Origin: Candidatus Woesearchaeota archaeon
GTDB taxonomy: Archaea > Nanobdellota > Nanobdellia > Pacearchaeales > GW2011-AR1
Reading direction: 5' to 3'
NCBI GenBank assembly: GCA_964578845.1
Contig: CAZOEF010000003.1
Location: 5,009 to 69,008 of the forward strand
Length of the DNA: 64,000 bases
The position numbers and the translations under genes are program-made. Every line of letters starts with the position of its first letter. Position 1 is the first letter of the stretch. Under the pieces are notes generated by a model. That model was not told the DNA's origin. It saw nothing but the letters and a program-made list of their open reading frames with translations, and did no database searches. Below are positions 1 through 9,248 of the stretch, piece after piece.

Positions 1-107
1 TAAAGCTTGTGAAAGAGTTTTCTTTATCTCTTTTTAATAATCCATTAATAAAGCAGCTCTTTAGGTAGGTTATGAACGCAAAGGAGGATAAAATGAAATC
101 GCAATCT

Positions 108-123
108 GCGCCCTTCGGGGCGC
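108..123 (-). terminator. GC hairpin GCGCCC-TTCG-GGGCGC downstream of the surface-protein gene
   Basis: A perfect 6-bp GC stem with a TTCG loop is read directly at 108..123. It lies about 50 nt past the minus-strand stop at 171, in otherwise AT-rich DNA. Confidence 0.35.
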
Positions 124-170
124 TCATATTCCATAGAGGAGACAAGCCGCCACCCTTAGAATATCTTGGT

Positions 171-1640
171 TTACCTGTTTCTCCTGAATTTCACAAAGTA
201 TAAGACTATCCCTGCAGCTATTATCAAAACAATTACTATCCAAAGCCAAATCATCCTTCCAGATTTACCTTCTGAGTCATTTATTTCACCAGTGCCCGTA
301 GGGTCCTGCTGCTCCACATCTGTTGTTTCAACCGCCTCATGAATAGCATTCATTGTAAGATCTGCCTTGTTACCAATTATTGAATTCAACGTGACACTAA
401 GATCATAATAATTATCGCCTGAAATCTCAAACCTTCTTGTCTCCCCGACATCAAGTGTAACTTCCTGAGGATTTGATGAAACCTCGACTGTCACGCTGGA
501 GTCTCCAATGCTCTTTACACCGACATGGTGAATCTCTCCTGAGATTAATAATCTGGCCCTTTCATTGTTGCTTAATTGCTTATTCAGGCTGATTAATTCT
601 TCACTATCCTCAACATAGGTATTTACCCAAGGATTTACTTCTCCTATTAGTCCCCCTCCGCTGCTACAATCGTCGGTAGAGAATGATTCAGAAGCGCTTG
701 CTGAATTTCCTGCATCATCTGTTGCAGTTGCAGTGAGAGTATATGAGTTGCCGCAGCTTAGGTCTGAGACAGTATTCCCTGATACACTCCCTTCAGAGCT
801 TGATAAGCTGCAAGTGACGCTCGAAGTTGCATCACTGCATGAAGTGCTTACTGTTATGGAAGACCTTGTAGAGCTATCCTCGCTTAAGGAAGCGCTTGGA
901 TCAGTATTGTCAAATGTCACGCTGATCCTTGCAGTATTATTTAAGTTTCCTCCGGTATCATTTGCATAGATAGTGATATTATAGTTCCCGTCTGCAAAGT
1001 CTGTTGTGTCAAGTGTTGCATTCCAGTGATCTCCAGAAGGGTTTGTTGCAGTGATTATATCCTGGCTCCCGCTGCTATTTGTTACATTGAACAAGACTTC
1101 ATCTATTGTCCCTGCGTCTGTAATGCTGGCATTGAGGATTATTGTTCCTGCATTGCTGCTTCCATCTGTTGGAGATATAAAGCTCGCGCCCGGATTCCCA
1201 AGATCGTCTATTGTGACACTAAGGTTTGATTGCTGTGTCCCTGTAGCATTAACTGTCAACACAGTAAGATTATAAGTTCCAGGAGTTGAAGCTGTCAGAT
1301 TGAAAAAGAAATGGTTTTCTGTAGAATTCATCACAAGGCCGTCATTGGTCCAGCTTAGGACAGTGCTTGAACTAGTAAATGTATGCGCTCCAGCGTCAGT
1401 ACCATTTGTACCCGAACTAAAAGTAAAGCTTGAAGGGAAAGTTATATTGACTTGAGTAATATTTGCAGCTACACCTGTATCAGTATTAAAAACTGAAACA
1501 TTATAGAGGCTAGAAACATCTTCATCAAAGTTAAAAGTAGTCCCTCCGCCTGAAGTGGTTATTGTATGCGCTGCAAAAGCAAATCCAGCAAGCATAACTA
1601 TTGACAATAAATAGAATAATGGTCTCACTCCTCTTTTCAT
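171..1640 (-). CDS. Secreted cell-surface protein with Ig-like repeats and a C-terminal membrane anchor (S-layer/adhesin-like)
   Basis: The track ORF is 171..1694. The likely true start is the ATG at 1640 (MKRGVRPLFYLLSIVMLAGFAFA, signal-like). The protein is S/T/N-rich with many N-x-S/T sequons. Its C-terminal helix WLWIVIVLIIAAGIVLYFV is followed by the basic tail KFRRNR. Confidence 0.6.
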   Translation of the reverse strand: MKRGVRPLFYLLSIVMLAGFAFAAHTITTSGGGTTFNFDEDVSSLYNVSVFNTDTGVAANITQVNITFPSSFTFSSGTNGTDAGAHTFTSSSTVLSWTNDGLVMNSTENHFFFNLTASTPGTYNLTVLTVNATGTQQSNLSVTIDDLGNPGASFISPTDGSSNAGTIILNASITDAGTIDEVLFNVTNSSGSQDIITATNPSGDHWNATLDTTDFADGNYNITIYANDTGGNLNNTARISVTFDNTDPSASLSEDSSTRSSITVSTSCSDATSSVTCSLSSSEGSVSGNTVSDLSCGNSYTLTATATDDAGNSASASESFSTDDCSSGGGLIGEVNPWVNTYVEDSEELISLNKQLSNNERARLLISGEIHHVGVKSIGDSSVTVEVSSNPQEVTLDVGETRRFEISGDNYYDLSVTLNSIIGNKADLTMNAIHEAVETTDVEQQDPTGTGEINDSEGKSGRMIWLWIVIVLIIAAGIVLYFVKFRRNR

Positions 1641-1690
1641 GATTATTTCATAAAAGGCAGATGTTATATAAACTTTACCTCTAACCAGGG

Positions 1691-2251
1691 TCAACTTTCC
1701 TCAACAAACATTGCCCTCTCACCTGAGACAAGTATCTCTGCAATCTGTGAATCCAGATTCACTAGTGCTCCTTTCTTATACGGCCCTACAACTTCGCCAG
1801 CCATATCTACAAACTGTTCAACATCTTCCTTCACTAATATCATTTTATTAGAGCTCTCTGTTGGTTTTCCGTTAAGTAATTCATGGAGGGATTTATCTGC
1901 ATCGTCAACCGCTCTAACAAGCCTCTCAAATAAGTCCTGCTCAAAACTCAGCATATCTACAAAATCTTTCTTCATTATCCCTGTCTCAGCAGCGACAAAC
2001 ACTAAATTAAGTATTTTCTTCTTTCTTCTAAGCATTAATTCTTTGAAAATAGCCATCGCGTTCTCATATTGCTTTTTCTCCCTGAGAAGATCATCCACTA
2101 TCCCCACGCCATCCATAGAATTAGACAGGCTTTTTCTTTTCTCAGTCATATATTCAGAAAATTGCTTGACAAAATCCTTAGGAAGGTTCTGGAGTTGCTC
2201 ACCATATTTCTCTTTTCTAAGGAATTCATAAAGGTCATTATAATTAATCAT
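1691..2251 (-). CDS. GINS complex subunit (Gins51-like), DNA replication
   Basis: The 186-aa length, the N-terminal LYEFLRKEK..LQNLPKDF pattern and the C-terminal GPYKKGALVNLDSQIAEILVSGERA resemble archaeal Gins51 as I remember it. This was not verified by a search. Confidence 0.6.
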   Translation of the reverse strand: MINYNDLYEFLRKEKYGEQLQNLPKDFVKQFSEYMTEKRKSLSNSMDGVGIVDDLLREKKQYENAMAIFKELMLRRKKKILNLVFVAAETGIMKKDFVDMLSFEQDLFERLVRAVDDADKSLHELLNGKPTESSNKMILVKEDVEQFVDMAGEVVGPYKKGALVNLDSQIAEILVSGERAMFVEES

Positions 2252-2292
2252 AGAAATTAAAGCCTAGTTTGAATTTATAACTATTGCTGTGA

Positions 2293-3543
2293 TTACTTTA
2301 CAAATAAAGTCTTCTCGAGTAGCTTTCTTCCTACTATCTTCTTGCCTTTCATTGCCTGCTCTTCTGTAAACCTTTGTTCATAGTTCTTGATATCACTAGG
2401 ATTGTAGTATAATACTGGAACAGGATCAGCCGTATGGGCTTTCTGCCTGCACGAAGTCGTATGGTCGCTAGTTACAACTAATTTAGCATCATTCTTTTCA
2501 ACAAATCTTTTCAAGAAAGAAAATAGCTTTTTATCGATCATTTCGATCATTTTGACCTTGTCTAACGGCTTATTGTCGTGCCCTGGAATATCTGTCTCTT
2601 TTAGATGGATATAGAAATAATCATACTTCTTTCTATTCCTGACTAGCATTTTGATGGATCGCTTTATCGCTTTGTTTAGTCCGTCATATAGGTTTCCATA
2701 AGCGTCAATTCCTCGCATTGCAGGGTAAGACATTTTGTAAATATCCATCTTGCTGGCGTTAGCTATTCCAATCTCTAAAGGCATGTAGCCTAAAGCCATC
2801 CATCTTCCTTTTAGTTTCTTGAATTTCGCAGGCTCATTTCCAGCTCCCCTGACTAACAAGAAATTAGCAGAGAATAATCCCTTCTGTGCCCTTCTTACAT
2901 TCAAAGGATGCTTGTCTAATATTTCATGACTCTGTCTTAAAAAATTATTTATCAAGTCAGCTGCCAGCCTTGAATCGTCCTCATCATCTAAAGCTCTTGA
3001 GAGTGAAATCTTAGAGTTATTGTTCTTAGCAAAACCATTGTTATAGAATGGATGTACGTCTGAAACATTGTCTGAGAATCCGCCTCTAAATACTAACACT
3101 CCTCTGTGTCCTGCGGTTGGGAAGAATTCAAATTTGAAAGGCAGTTTTACTTTCTGATTTATCTCCTTGGCTAAAATCTCTGCTTCTCTGGTTGTTAATG
3201 TTCTCCCTGCTCGGCTATCTAACACTTGTCCGTCTTTCAAGTCATCTACAGTGGCAAAATTAGCCCTTAATGCTAAATCTCCCCTTGTTAATTTAAGCCC
3301 TGTTCCACTAGCCTCTAATGGGCCTCTTGGAGACAAGTTAGGATCATGGCCTAGTAAAGAAACAACTGCTGAAGAAGATTCAGGAGCTACACCTTCCTTC
3401 ACAGTATAACAATAATCTATCTTGCTTTTTTTAGCAAGTTCGTCTAAATTAGGAGTCTTGGCTGCTTCCAAAGGGGTTTTCTGCCCTAATGCCTGGCAGG
3501 GCTCATCCGCAGCCCCATCAAGAATGACAAATATTCCCTTCAT
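2293..3543 (-). CDS. apgM: 2,3-bisphosphoglycerate-independent phosphoglycerate mutase, archaeal type
   Basis: The N-terminus is MKGIFVILDGAADEP. The length is about 416 aa. TDIPGHD and TSDHTT are alkaline-phosphatase-superfamily metal-site motifs. The track starts at GTG 3549, and an ATG at 3543 is the alternative. Confidence 0.8.
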   Translation of the reverse strand: MKGIFVILDGAADEPCQALGQKTPLEAAKTPNLDELAKKSKIDYCYTVKEGVAPESSSAVVSLLGHDPNLSPRGPLEASGTGLKLTRGDLALRANFATVDDLKDGQVLDSRAGRTLTTREAEILAKEINQKVKLPFKFEFFPTAGHRGVLVFRGGFSDNVSDVHPFYNNGFAKNNNSKISLSRALDDEDDSRLAADLINNFLRQSHEILDKHPLNVRRAQKGLFSANFLLVRGAGNEPAKFKKLKGRWMALGYMPLEIGIANASKMDIYKMSYPAMRGIDAYGNLYDGLNKAIKRSIKMLVRNRKKYDYFYIHLKETDIPGHDNKPLDKVKMIEMIDKKLFSFLKRFVEKNDAKLVVTSDHTTSCRQKAHTADPVPVLYYNPSDIKNYEQRFTEEQAMKGKKIVGRKLLEKTLFVK

Positions 3544-3685
3544 CCACACCTCTTTTTTATGACCATTGTCGAATATAAACTACTCAAACTTATAAACATT
3601 GTTGGCTTAGAGAAGCGAAATCACTTTACAATTACAAATCTAAGTAAACCATAAAGTTCTTAATGCTATTTCAGTTAAAAATTCC

Positions 3686-4981
3686 ATGTTCGGAAAACTA
3701 AAGGATAAGCTAAAGGGCTGGCTGGGTAATGAGGAAGAAGAAGAGCCAAAGAAAGCTACTAAGAAAAAAGATACAAAGGGAAAGAAATCTAAATCTCAAG
3801 AGATTAAGAAAAAGACTGAAAAAAAACCTGTTAAAAAAGAAGTTAAATCTAAGAAAATAAAGCCTGAAATTGTTGAAGTAAAAGAAGAAACTCCTGAAAA
3901 AATTCAAGCCGAAAAAGCCCCCGAAACAGAAGAGATTGAGGAGTCTGAAAAGAAAGGTTTCCTAAAAAGAATATTTAAGAAAAAACCTGAAGCAGAGCTT
4001 AAAGAGAGCGAGAAGGCAGAGGAACCTCAAGAAGTTGTAATAGAAGAATCTGAAACTGTTGAACAGCCCCAAGAAACTGATGAAGAAATAGAAGAAAAAC
4101 CAAAGGAATCATTCCTTTCAAGATTTACAAAAAAGATCTCTGCTGAAAAACTAACTCAAGAACACGTTGATGAAATAATCGAACCATTAGAATTGATTTT
4201 ACTAGAAAATAATGTCGCTCTTGATGTTGTGGATAAAATAAAAGAAGACTTGTCTAAAGCTCTTGTTGGAACAGAAGTAAAAAAATCAGAGATAGAAAAT
4301 ACAATAATTCAGTCACTAAAAGATTCAATTTCGTCAGTATTGATAGAGCCTCCTGACCTATTGAAAGCGATAAAAGAAAAGCATGGGATCTACACGATAA
4401 TATTCTTCGGGATAAACGGCTCCGGCAAGACCACTTCAGTAGCTAAATTAGCTCACAAATTAAAGAAAGAAGGAATATCCTGCGTGTTAGCTGCAGGAGA
4501 CACTTTCAGGGCTGCATCAATAGAGCAATTAGAAACTCACGCTGATAGGATAGGTGTCCCAATAATAAAATCTACTTACGGTTCAGATCCTACGTCTGTC
4601 GCTTTTGACGCAAAGAAATACGCTGAAAAAAATAATATAAAAGTCGTCTTGATAGACACCGCCGGGAGGATGTACACAAAAGAAAATCTCATTAAGCAGA
4701 TGGAAAAAATAATTAGAGTCATTCAGCCTGACCTGAAAATATTTGTCGGCGAATCCATAACAGGAAACGATGCCACAGAACAGGCAAAGACTTTCCACGA
4801 AGCTGTAGGAATACAGGGGATAATATTATCAAAAGCAGACGTAGATGAAAAAGGCGGGACAGCTTTATCAGTATCTTATATCACTAAACAGCCCATTTAC
4901 TTTCTAGGCGTAGGCCAGACATATGATGACCTGCAAGCTTTCAAGAAAGATACTATTCTGAAGAATTTGGGTTTGGATTAA
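3686..4981 (+). CDS. ftsY: Signal recognition particle receptor FtsY
   Basis: The GTPase motifs are GINGSGKTTS (G1), DTAGR (G3) and SKADVD (G4). A roughly 150-aa K/E-rich acidic/basic A-domain lies at the N-terminus. Confidence 0.9.
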   Translation: MFGKLKDKLKGWLGNEEEEEPKKATKKKDTKGKKSKSQEIKKKTEKKPVKKEVKSKKIKPEIVEVKEETPEKIQAEKAPETEEIEESEKKGFLKRIFKKKPEAELKESEKAEEPQEVVIEESETVEQPQETDEEIEEKPKESFLSRFTKKISAEKLTQEHVDEIIEPLELILLENNVALDVVDKIKEDLSKALVGTEVKKSEIENTIIQSLKDSISSVLIEPPDLLKAIKEKHGIYTIIFFGINGSGKTTSVAKLAHKLKKEGISCVLAAGDTFRAASIEQLETHADRIGVPIIKSTYGSDPTSVAFDAKKYAEKNNIKVVLIDTAGRMYTKENLIKQMEKIIRVIQPDLKIFVGESITGNDATEQAKTFHEAVGIQGIILSKADVDEKGGTALSVSYITKQPIYFLGVGQTYDDLQAFKKDTILKNLGLD

Positions 4982-5223
4982 GAATCCCTTAGCCTACTTG
5001 CCGCATGATGGCCTTGTCTTGATAGCGTTTCAATAGCGTAATCCAGTAAGCTTTGTTGAGGGAAGTTATCTTCATAAGCCTTAAGAGCTTCTCTTGCAAG
5101 TGCCCCTAAAGGACCATATCTCCTGGATGATTCAATAGAAGGAACAGGTAGTCCATGTCTCTCAGCCATGCGCTGAGCATCGTCGCTTAAGGATAAACAC
5201 CACTTGTAGCTTGCTTTTATCAT
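4978..5223 (-). CDS. Hypothetical 81-aa helical protein in a locally GC-richer segment
   Basis: It is an intact ORF. A TATA-like box (tttatata on the minus strand) lies about 27 nt upstream of the ATG. The ORF converges on the ftsY stop and overlaps it by 4 nt. I recognised no family. Confidence 0.4.
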   Translation of the reverse strand: MIKASYKWCLSLSDDAQRMAERHGLPVPSIESSRRYGPLGALAREALKAYEDNFPQQSLLDYAIETLSRQGHHAASRLRDS

Positions 5224-5257
5224 TATATTATTAAAAAATCAGCTTATATAAAAATTA

Positions 5258-5614
5258 TTGTGGGACAGTTCCATTTTTGAAAGGCTGATTAATGAATTAC
5301 TTGATTTTTTAGCTATAATATCAAATGTCTTTGAAGTCACAGATAAGACTGGAAGGAAAATAAGGTTGACCAAAAGACAATGGAAAGAGACCACTCTAAA
5401 GCATCCATTCATGTCTGCCTATCTGGAAGAGATTAAAGAGACTATCATTCATCCAAATAAAATAACCAATTACAGCTTGGATAAAGATGTTCACTATTAC
5501 TGTAGATATTTCAAGCATGTGACCCGAAAAGGCAGATTTCTCCTCGTTATAATTAAATATTTAAACGGGCACGGCTTTGTAATAAAAACCTATTTTGAAA
5601 GGAAGATAAAATGA
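5258..5614 (+). CDS. Putative toxin-like small protein, paralog of 25503..25793
   Basis: It shares the blocks R-W..HP.M..YL.EI...I..P and RF.LVII.Y.NG.GFVI..Y...KIK with 25503..25793. An ATGA stop/start overlap links it to the downstream DUF2283-like gene. The only canonical in-frame start is TTG at 5258, which is suspiciously close to the TATA box. Confidence 0.55.
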   Translation: MWDSSIFERLINELLDFLAIISNVFEVTDKTGRKIRLTKRQWKETTLKHPFMSAYLEEIKETIIHPNKITNYSLDKDVHYYCRYFKHVTRKGRFLLVIIKYLNGHGFVIKTYFERKIK

Positions 5615-5850
5615 ATAACTATGAGATCCATTATGATGAGGAATCTGATTTCTTAGAGGTATTTTTCGGTGAAGCTCCTGAGAAAGAATATGCTGACGAG
5701 ATAGAAGAAGGAGTATTCATAACAAGAAATGAGAAAGATGACGAAGTCTATAGTGTAGGTATTTTAAGCTTCAAGAAAAGGGCAAATATCCTCAAGAGCG
5801 TCTTACACAGGCTGAATAAAAAGCTGCCCAAAGAGATAGATTTTTCTTAG
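5611..5850 (+). CDS. DUF2283-like small protein (putative antitoxin partner)
   Basis: The pattern YDEESDFLEV...EGVFITRNEKDDEVYSVGILSF matches the DUF2283 pattern (YD.e.D.L.i ... G.eI). It overlaps the upstream gene by 4 nt. Confidence 0.6.
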   Translation: MNNYEIHYDEESDFLEVFFGEAPEKEYADEIEEGVFITRNEKDDEVYSVGILSFKKRANILKSVLHRLNKKLPKEIDFS

Positions 5851-5892
5851 TCCTTCCAAAAGTTTTAATACTCCTCTCTGACTTGGATTTCT

Positions 5893-7257
5893 ATGCTGGA
5901 TAAGCTATCAAATACACTGAAGAAGACCACAGATAAGATAGCTAACGCTATATTTCTTGATAAAAACGTTGTAGATTCTATAGTCAAAGACTTACAAAGG
6001 TCACTTATTGAGGCCGATGTAAACGTACAGTTAGTGCTTGAAATAACCAAGAAGATAAAGCAGGCAGCACTAGATGAAAGATTAAAGGGTATAGAGAAAA
6101 AAGAGCATATAATTAAGCTCCTGCACGACGAACTGATCAATATTTTAGGTGAAAAAAGAGAGATAGTTCTTGAAAAGAAGAACAGGTTCATGATGCTCGG
6201 TTTATACGGAGCAGGTAAGACTACTACAATATCTAAATTATCTCTGTATTATTCTAAAAGAGGAAAGAAAGTCTGCGCTGTCGGACTTGACGTACATAGG
6301 CCTGCTGCTTCAGAGCAGTTGAAGCAGCTTTGTGATAAGCAGAACATAGCTTGTTTCATAGATACAACAGAAAAGAATCCTGTCAAGATCTGGAAGAAAT
6401 TCGAAAAAGAGATAGAAAAATATGATGTAGTATTAGTAGACACAGCTGGAAGAGATGCATTAGAAGACTCCTTAGTCAAGGAGATAAAAGATATCGCTAA
6501 AGCAGTAAAACCTACTGAGACATTTTTAGTCATGCCTGCTGATATCGGACAGACTGCTAAGAAACAGGCCCAGACTTTCAGGGATGCTGTTAGCATTACT
6601 GGCGTGATAATAACTAGAATGGATTCCACCGCTAAAGCGGGAGGTGCTCTGACTGCGTGTGCTGAGACAAAAGTCCCTGTAGTATTCATTGGTACAGGAG
6701 AAAAACCGATTGACCTAGAGCACTTTAATCCTGAATCTTTCTTGTCTAGGTTGCTAGGTATGGGAGATTTAGAATCCTTGATGGAAAAGATCCAGTCAGT
6801 CACTGACGAACAAAAACTAGCTAAGACAAAGAAGAATATTGAGGAAGGAAAATTAACACTTAGAGATGTACAGGCGCAATTAGAATCTATGGAGTCTTTA
6901 GGAAGTATGGATAAGATCTTAGGAATGATCCCTGGAATGGGAAAAGCTAAAGAAAAAATACCTGAGTCTCAATTAGAACAACAACAAGTTAAGTTGAAAA
7001 GATGGAAGCACGCGATTAATTCTATGACTCAGGAAGAAATAGAAAATCCTGAAATACTTGAAAAACAGACTTCAAGGATTCAAAGAGTAGCAAAAGGCTC
7101 AGGAACTTCAACTTCTGACATCAGGATGCTGATAAAACAATACAAGATGCTAAAAGAGATGATAAAATCTTCTTCAGCCATGGCAGAAGGCAAGATGGAC
7201 CAGAAGACGATGATAAAATTAGCTAGAAAGTTTGGCAAGAAGAAGTTCAGGATGTAA
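5893..7257 (+). CDS. srp54: Signal recognition particle protein SRP54
   Basis: The GTPase motifs are GLYGAGKTTT, DTAGR and TRMDS. The Met-rich M-domain contains GMIPGMGK. Confidence 0.92.
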   Translation: MLDKLSNTLKKTTDKIANAIFLDKNVVDSIVKDLQRSLIEADVNVQLVLEITKKIKQAALDERLKGIEKKEHIIKLLHDELINILGEKREIVLEKKNRFMMLGLYGAGKTTTISKLSLYYSKRGKKVCAVGLDVHRPAASEQLKQLCDKQNIACFIDTTEKNPVKIWKKFEKEIEKYDVVLVDTAGRDALEDSLVKEIKDIAKAVKPTETFLVMPADIGQTAKKQAQTFRDAVSITGVIITRMDSTAKAGGALTACAETKVPVVFIGTGEKPIDLEHFNPESFLSRLLGMGDLESLMEKIQSVTDEQKLAKTKKNIEEGKLTLRDVQAQLESMESLGSMDKILGMIPGMGKAKEKIPESQLEQQQVKLKRWKHAINSMTQEEIENPEILEKQTSRIQRVAKGSGTSTSDIRMLIKQYKMLKEMIKSSSAMAEGKMDQKTMIKLARKFGKKKFRM

Positions 7258-7264
7258 ATTAGTT

Positions 7265-7666
7265 TTACAATAGCTCATTAATTGAGACTACTCTTATTAA
7301 ATCCTGCATCTTGAAATGATTATCGTAGCTCCAAATTCCGTCTGCGTTAATGCTGAGCGCTGCTGCAATAAATACAGAGTCTTTGATATCTATATCTTTC
7401 ATTATTTTTTCTGCCTGGGGCATGAAATCCTTCAGTTCAATGTAGGGCAGGATTATAATATTAGACAATAGTTCTTCTAAAATTTGATAAATCTCTGGAC
7501 TTGACAAACCAGATTTAGCAATGATCTCACCCTCATATTTCTTTATCTCTTCTAGACTTTTCTCTGGAATAAATAAATCATGCCCTGATAATATAATGGT
7601 CTCTCTTATTATTGAATCCTTCAAAAGAGCTGCTATGATCACATTAGTATCTAGAACTATCTTCAC
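7265..7666 (-). CDS. vapC: PIN-domain ribonuclease toxin (VapC-like)
   Basis: The N-terminal KIVLDTNVIIAAL carries the conserved Asp. The size is 133 aa. It overlaps the upstream antitoxin gene by 4 nt. Confidence 0.75.
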   Translation of the reverse strand: MKIVLDTNVIIAALLKDSIIRETIILSGHDLFIPEKSLEEIKKYEGEIIAKSGLSSPEIYQILEELLSNIIILPYIELKDFMPQAEKIMKDIDIKDSVFIAAALSINADGIWSYDNHFKMQDLIRVVSINELL

Positions 7667-7884
7667 TCTTTATATTTAGAGTAAAGGCCTTTCTTGATCT
7701 TATCATTTATCTCTTCCACATCTTTCATAGTAAGCTTGCTTTTAGAGGCAATCTTATCCATCATCTCAAGCTTACTGACTTTCTCGATTATGGCTGCTCT
7801 AGCTACCTCGCTCCATCTCATTTCTTTGTATTTCTTCATTTTCCTATACACCTCGTCCGGAACAGACAGCGTTATGTTTGCCAT
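7663..7884 (-). CDS. vapB: VapB-type antitoxin
   Basis: The sequence MANITLSVPDEVYRKMKK...WSEVARAAI is typical of archaeal VapB-like partners. The TATA-like ttaaatat is centred about 27 nt upstream of the ATG at 7884, so I prefer 7884 to the track start at 7905. Confidence 0.6.
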   Translation of the reverse strand: MANITLSVPDEVYRKMKKYKEMRWSEVARAAIIEKVSKLEMMDKIASKSKLTMKDVEEINDKIKKGLYSKYKE

Positions 7885-7955
7885 ATGTGTATTATGTGAT
7901 ATCACAATATTTAAGCTTTTCTTCTAACCTCCTTAAATGAATATAAAATAGAATT

Positions 7956-8024
7956 GATAAATAACTCTCTCAGGAATGGGAAAACCCTGGTTTTGCAACT
8001 CTGATTAATAACTCTCTAAGGAAT
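7956..8024 (+). promoter_or_regulatory. Two copies of a 22-nt motif (gatWaataactctctMaggaat) upstream of the PIN gene
   Basis: The copies are at 7956..7977 and 8003..8024, with 2 mismatches. The proximal copy places ttaataa about 25 nt before the ATG at 8033, so it looks like a TATA box. Confidence 0.4.
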
Positions 8025-8032
8025 ATTTTTTC

Positions 8033-8452
8033 ATGTCTTCCAGAAGATTCTATTTTGACACTTCAATATGGCTTGACTTCATTGAGAACAGGAACGAGCC
8101 GAATTTCCCTAAAGGAGAATGGGCAAGGAAGCTGGTTGAGAAAATAATTGGTGATGGAAGCAAGATAGTGCTTTCAGATAATAATATCTTCGAACTAGAA
8201 AAGATAGGTTATACAAGGTATGAATTCTCGGAAATAATTGCTTCATTCAAAGAGAATATTATCTACACCAGATCAAAGATCAGGCAAATAGGAAGAGCAA
8301 GAGACTTGGCTAAAAAAAGAAATGTTCCAAACAGAGATGCATTACACGCGTTGCTTGCTCGGGATAATGACGCTGTCTTAATTGCCTGGGACAATCATTT
8401 CAAGAGAATAAAAGACATTTCAAGACCTTTTACACCAAAAGAGATCATTTAG
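8033..8452 (+). CDS. PIN-domain protein
   Basis: The N-terminus is FYFDTSIWLDFIE. Later acidic positions include LSDNNIFELE and AWDNHF. The size is 139 aa. Confidence 0.6.
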   Translation: MSSRRFYFDTSIWLDFIENRNEPNFPKGEWARKLVEKIIGDGSKIVLSDNNIFELEKIGYTRYEFSEIIASFKENIIYTRSKIRQIGRARDLAKKRNVPNRDALHALLARDNDAVLIAWDNHFKRIKDISRPFTPKEII

Positions 8453-8708
8453 TAAGACCAAATTTTCTCTCAAATTGCTTGAAGACCTTCTCTCCAGCCT
8501 TATGGAGCTCTTCATCCGTTGTTCTCCTCTTAGAAGATCCTGCGACTCTTCTGACTGCCCTTATTTTTTCTTCTATCTCAAGCTCTTTTATCTTATCTCT
8601 GATAGCTTCTCTGATAAATTCTGTCTTGGTTGAGTAATTGTTTTTCTTCATAGCGGCTTCTATGGCCTTCAGGAAGTTGCTTTCAAGTTTTATGCTTATG
8701 TTTTCCAT
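8445..8708 (-). CDS. Ribbon-helix-helix (CopG-like) DNA-binding protein
   Basis: MENISIKLESNFLKAIEAAMKKNNYSTKTEFIREAIRDKI has the strand-helix-helix layout typical of CopG/RHH antitoxins. It converges on the PIN gene and overlaps it by 8 nt. Confidence 0.55.
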   Translation of the reverse strand: MENISIKLESNFLKAIEAAMKKNNYSTKTEFIREAIRDKIKELEIEEKIRAVRRVAGSSKRRTTDEELHKAGEKVFKQFERKFGLTK

Positions 8709-8743
8709 ACTACCTAGTAGTATTAAGTAGTATATAAATATTC

Positions 8744-9217
8744 CTAGAGTTCTTTATGCTTAGTGAAAGACTCGATCTTATCATCTAGGCCGTCCTTCTT
8801 TGTCAGTTCTTCAGGGATTCTATATTCAACATATCTTACTCTTTTCTTTTCTATTGTTTCTTTTAGGTTTTTCTCGTGATTTGATAGTTTAGCTTTCCCG
8901 CTTTTCACTTCCACAAATATCACTTCATCTATTTTCTTCTCGTCCGACCCTTTGAAGACCAAAAAATCTATCGGCTTGCCTATGAAAGTGCATTCATTCG
9001 GCCTGAAAGGAAAATCAGGCAAAAACGGAGCTAAGTTCTCTGTAAAATGTCCTCCTAAAACAGCCCTAGATTTCATTATAGCATCTTTCCTATGGATGGG
9101 CAAGTCTTTCAACCATTCATTATGCTTCCGATACGATCCCCATCTATTTCCTAGGTAGAAGCCAATAAAGACAGCTATTAATGAGATTACTAGGATAAGG
9201 ATAGTTGTTAGTTCCAT
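8744..9217 (-). CDS. Membrane-anchored endonuclease related to archaeal Holliday-junction resolvase (Endonuc_Holl-like)
   Basis: It has an N-terminal TM helix. The block GKPIDFLVFKG...IDEVIFVEVKSGKAKLSNHEK resembles the restriction-endonuclease-like core of that family as I remember it. Confidence 0.5.
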   Translation of the reverse strand: MELTTILILVISLIAVFIGFYLGNRWGSYRKHNEWLKDLPIHRKDAIMKSRAVLGGHFTENLAPFLPDFPFRPNECTFIGKPIDFLVFKGSDEKKIDEVIFVEVKSGKAKLSNHEKNLKETIEKKRVRYVEYRIPEELTKKDGLDDKIESFTKHKEL

Positions 9218-9248
9218 CTTTACGATAGACTGGAGAGTTATTTATAGT

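Noticed and set aside
72-206. A small plus-strand ORF (MNAKEDKMKSQSAPFGALIFHRGDKPPPLEYLGLPVSPEFHKV) lies at the window start.
   Set aside because: It overlaps the GC hairpin and the 3' end of the minus-strand surface-protein gene. It has no supporting signals.
4978-5223. I considered whether an SRP (7S) RNA gene lies between ftsY and srp54.
   Set aside because: The position and locally higher GC are attractive. However, I could not find the conserved helix-8 GNAR tetraloop with the flanking AGCA/GGAA-type motif or Alu-domain features. The segment also carries an intact 81-codon ORF with a well-placed TATA box. An Infernal search would settle it.
6249-6803. A 184-aa minus-strand ORF lies inside srp54.
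   Set aside because: It is antisense to an unambiguous SRP54 GTPase domain, and its translation has no features.
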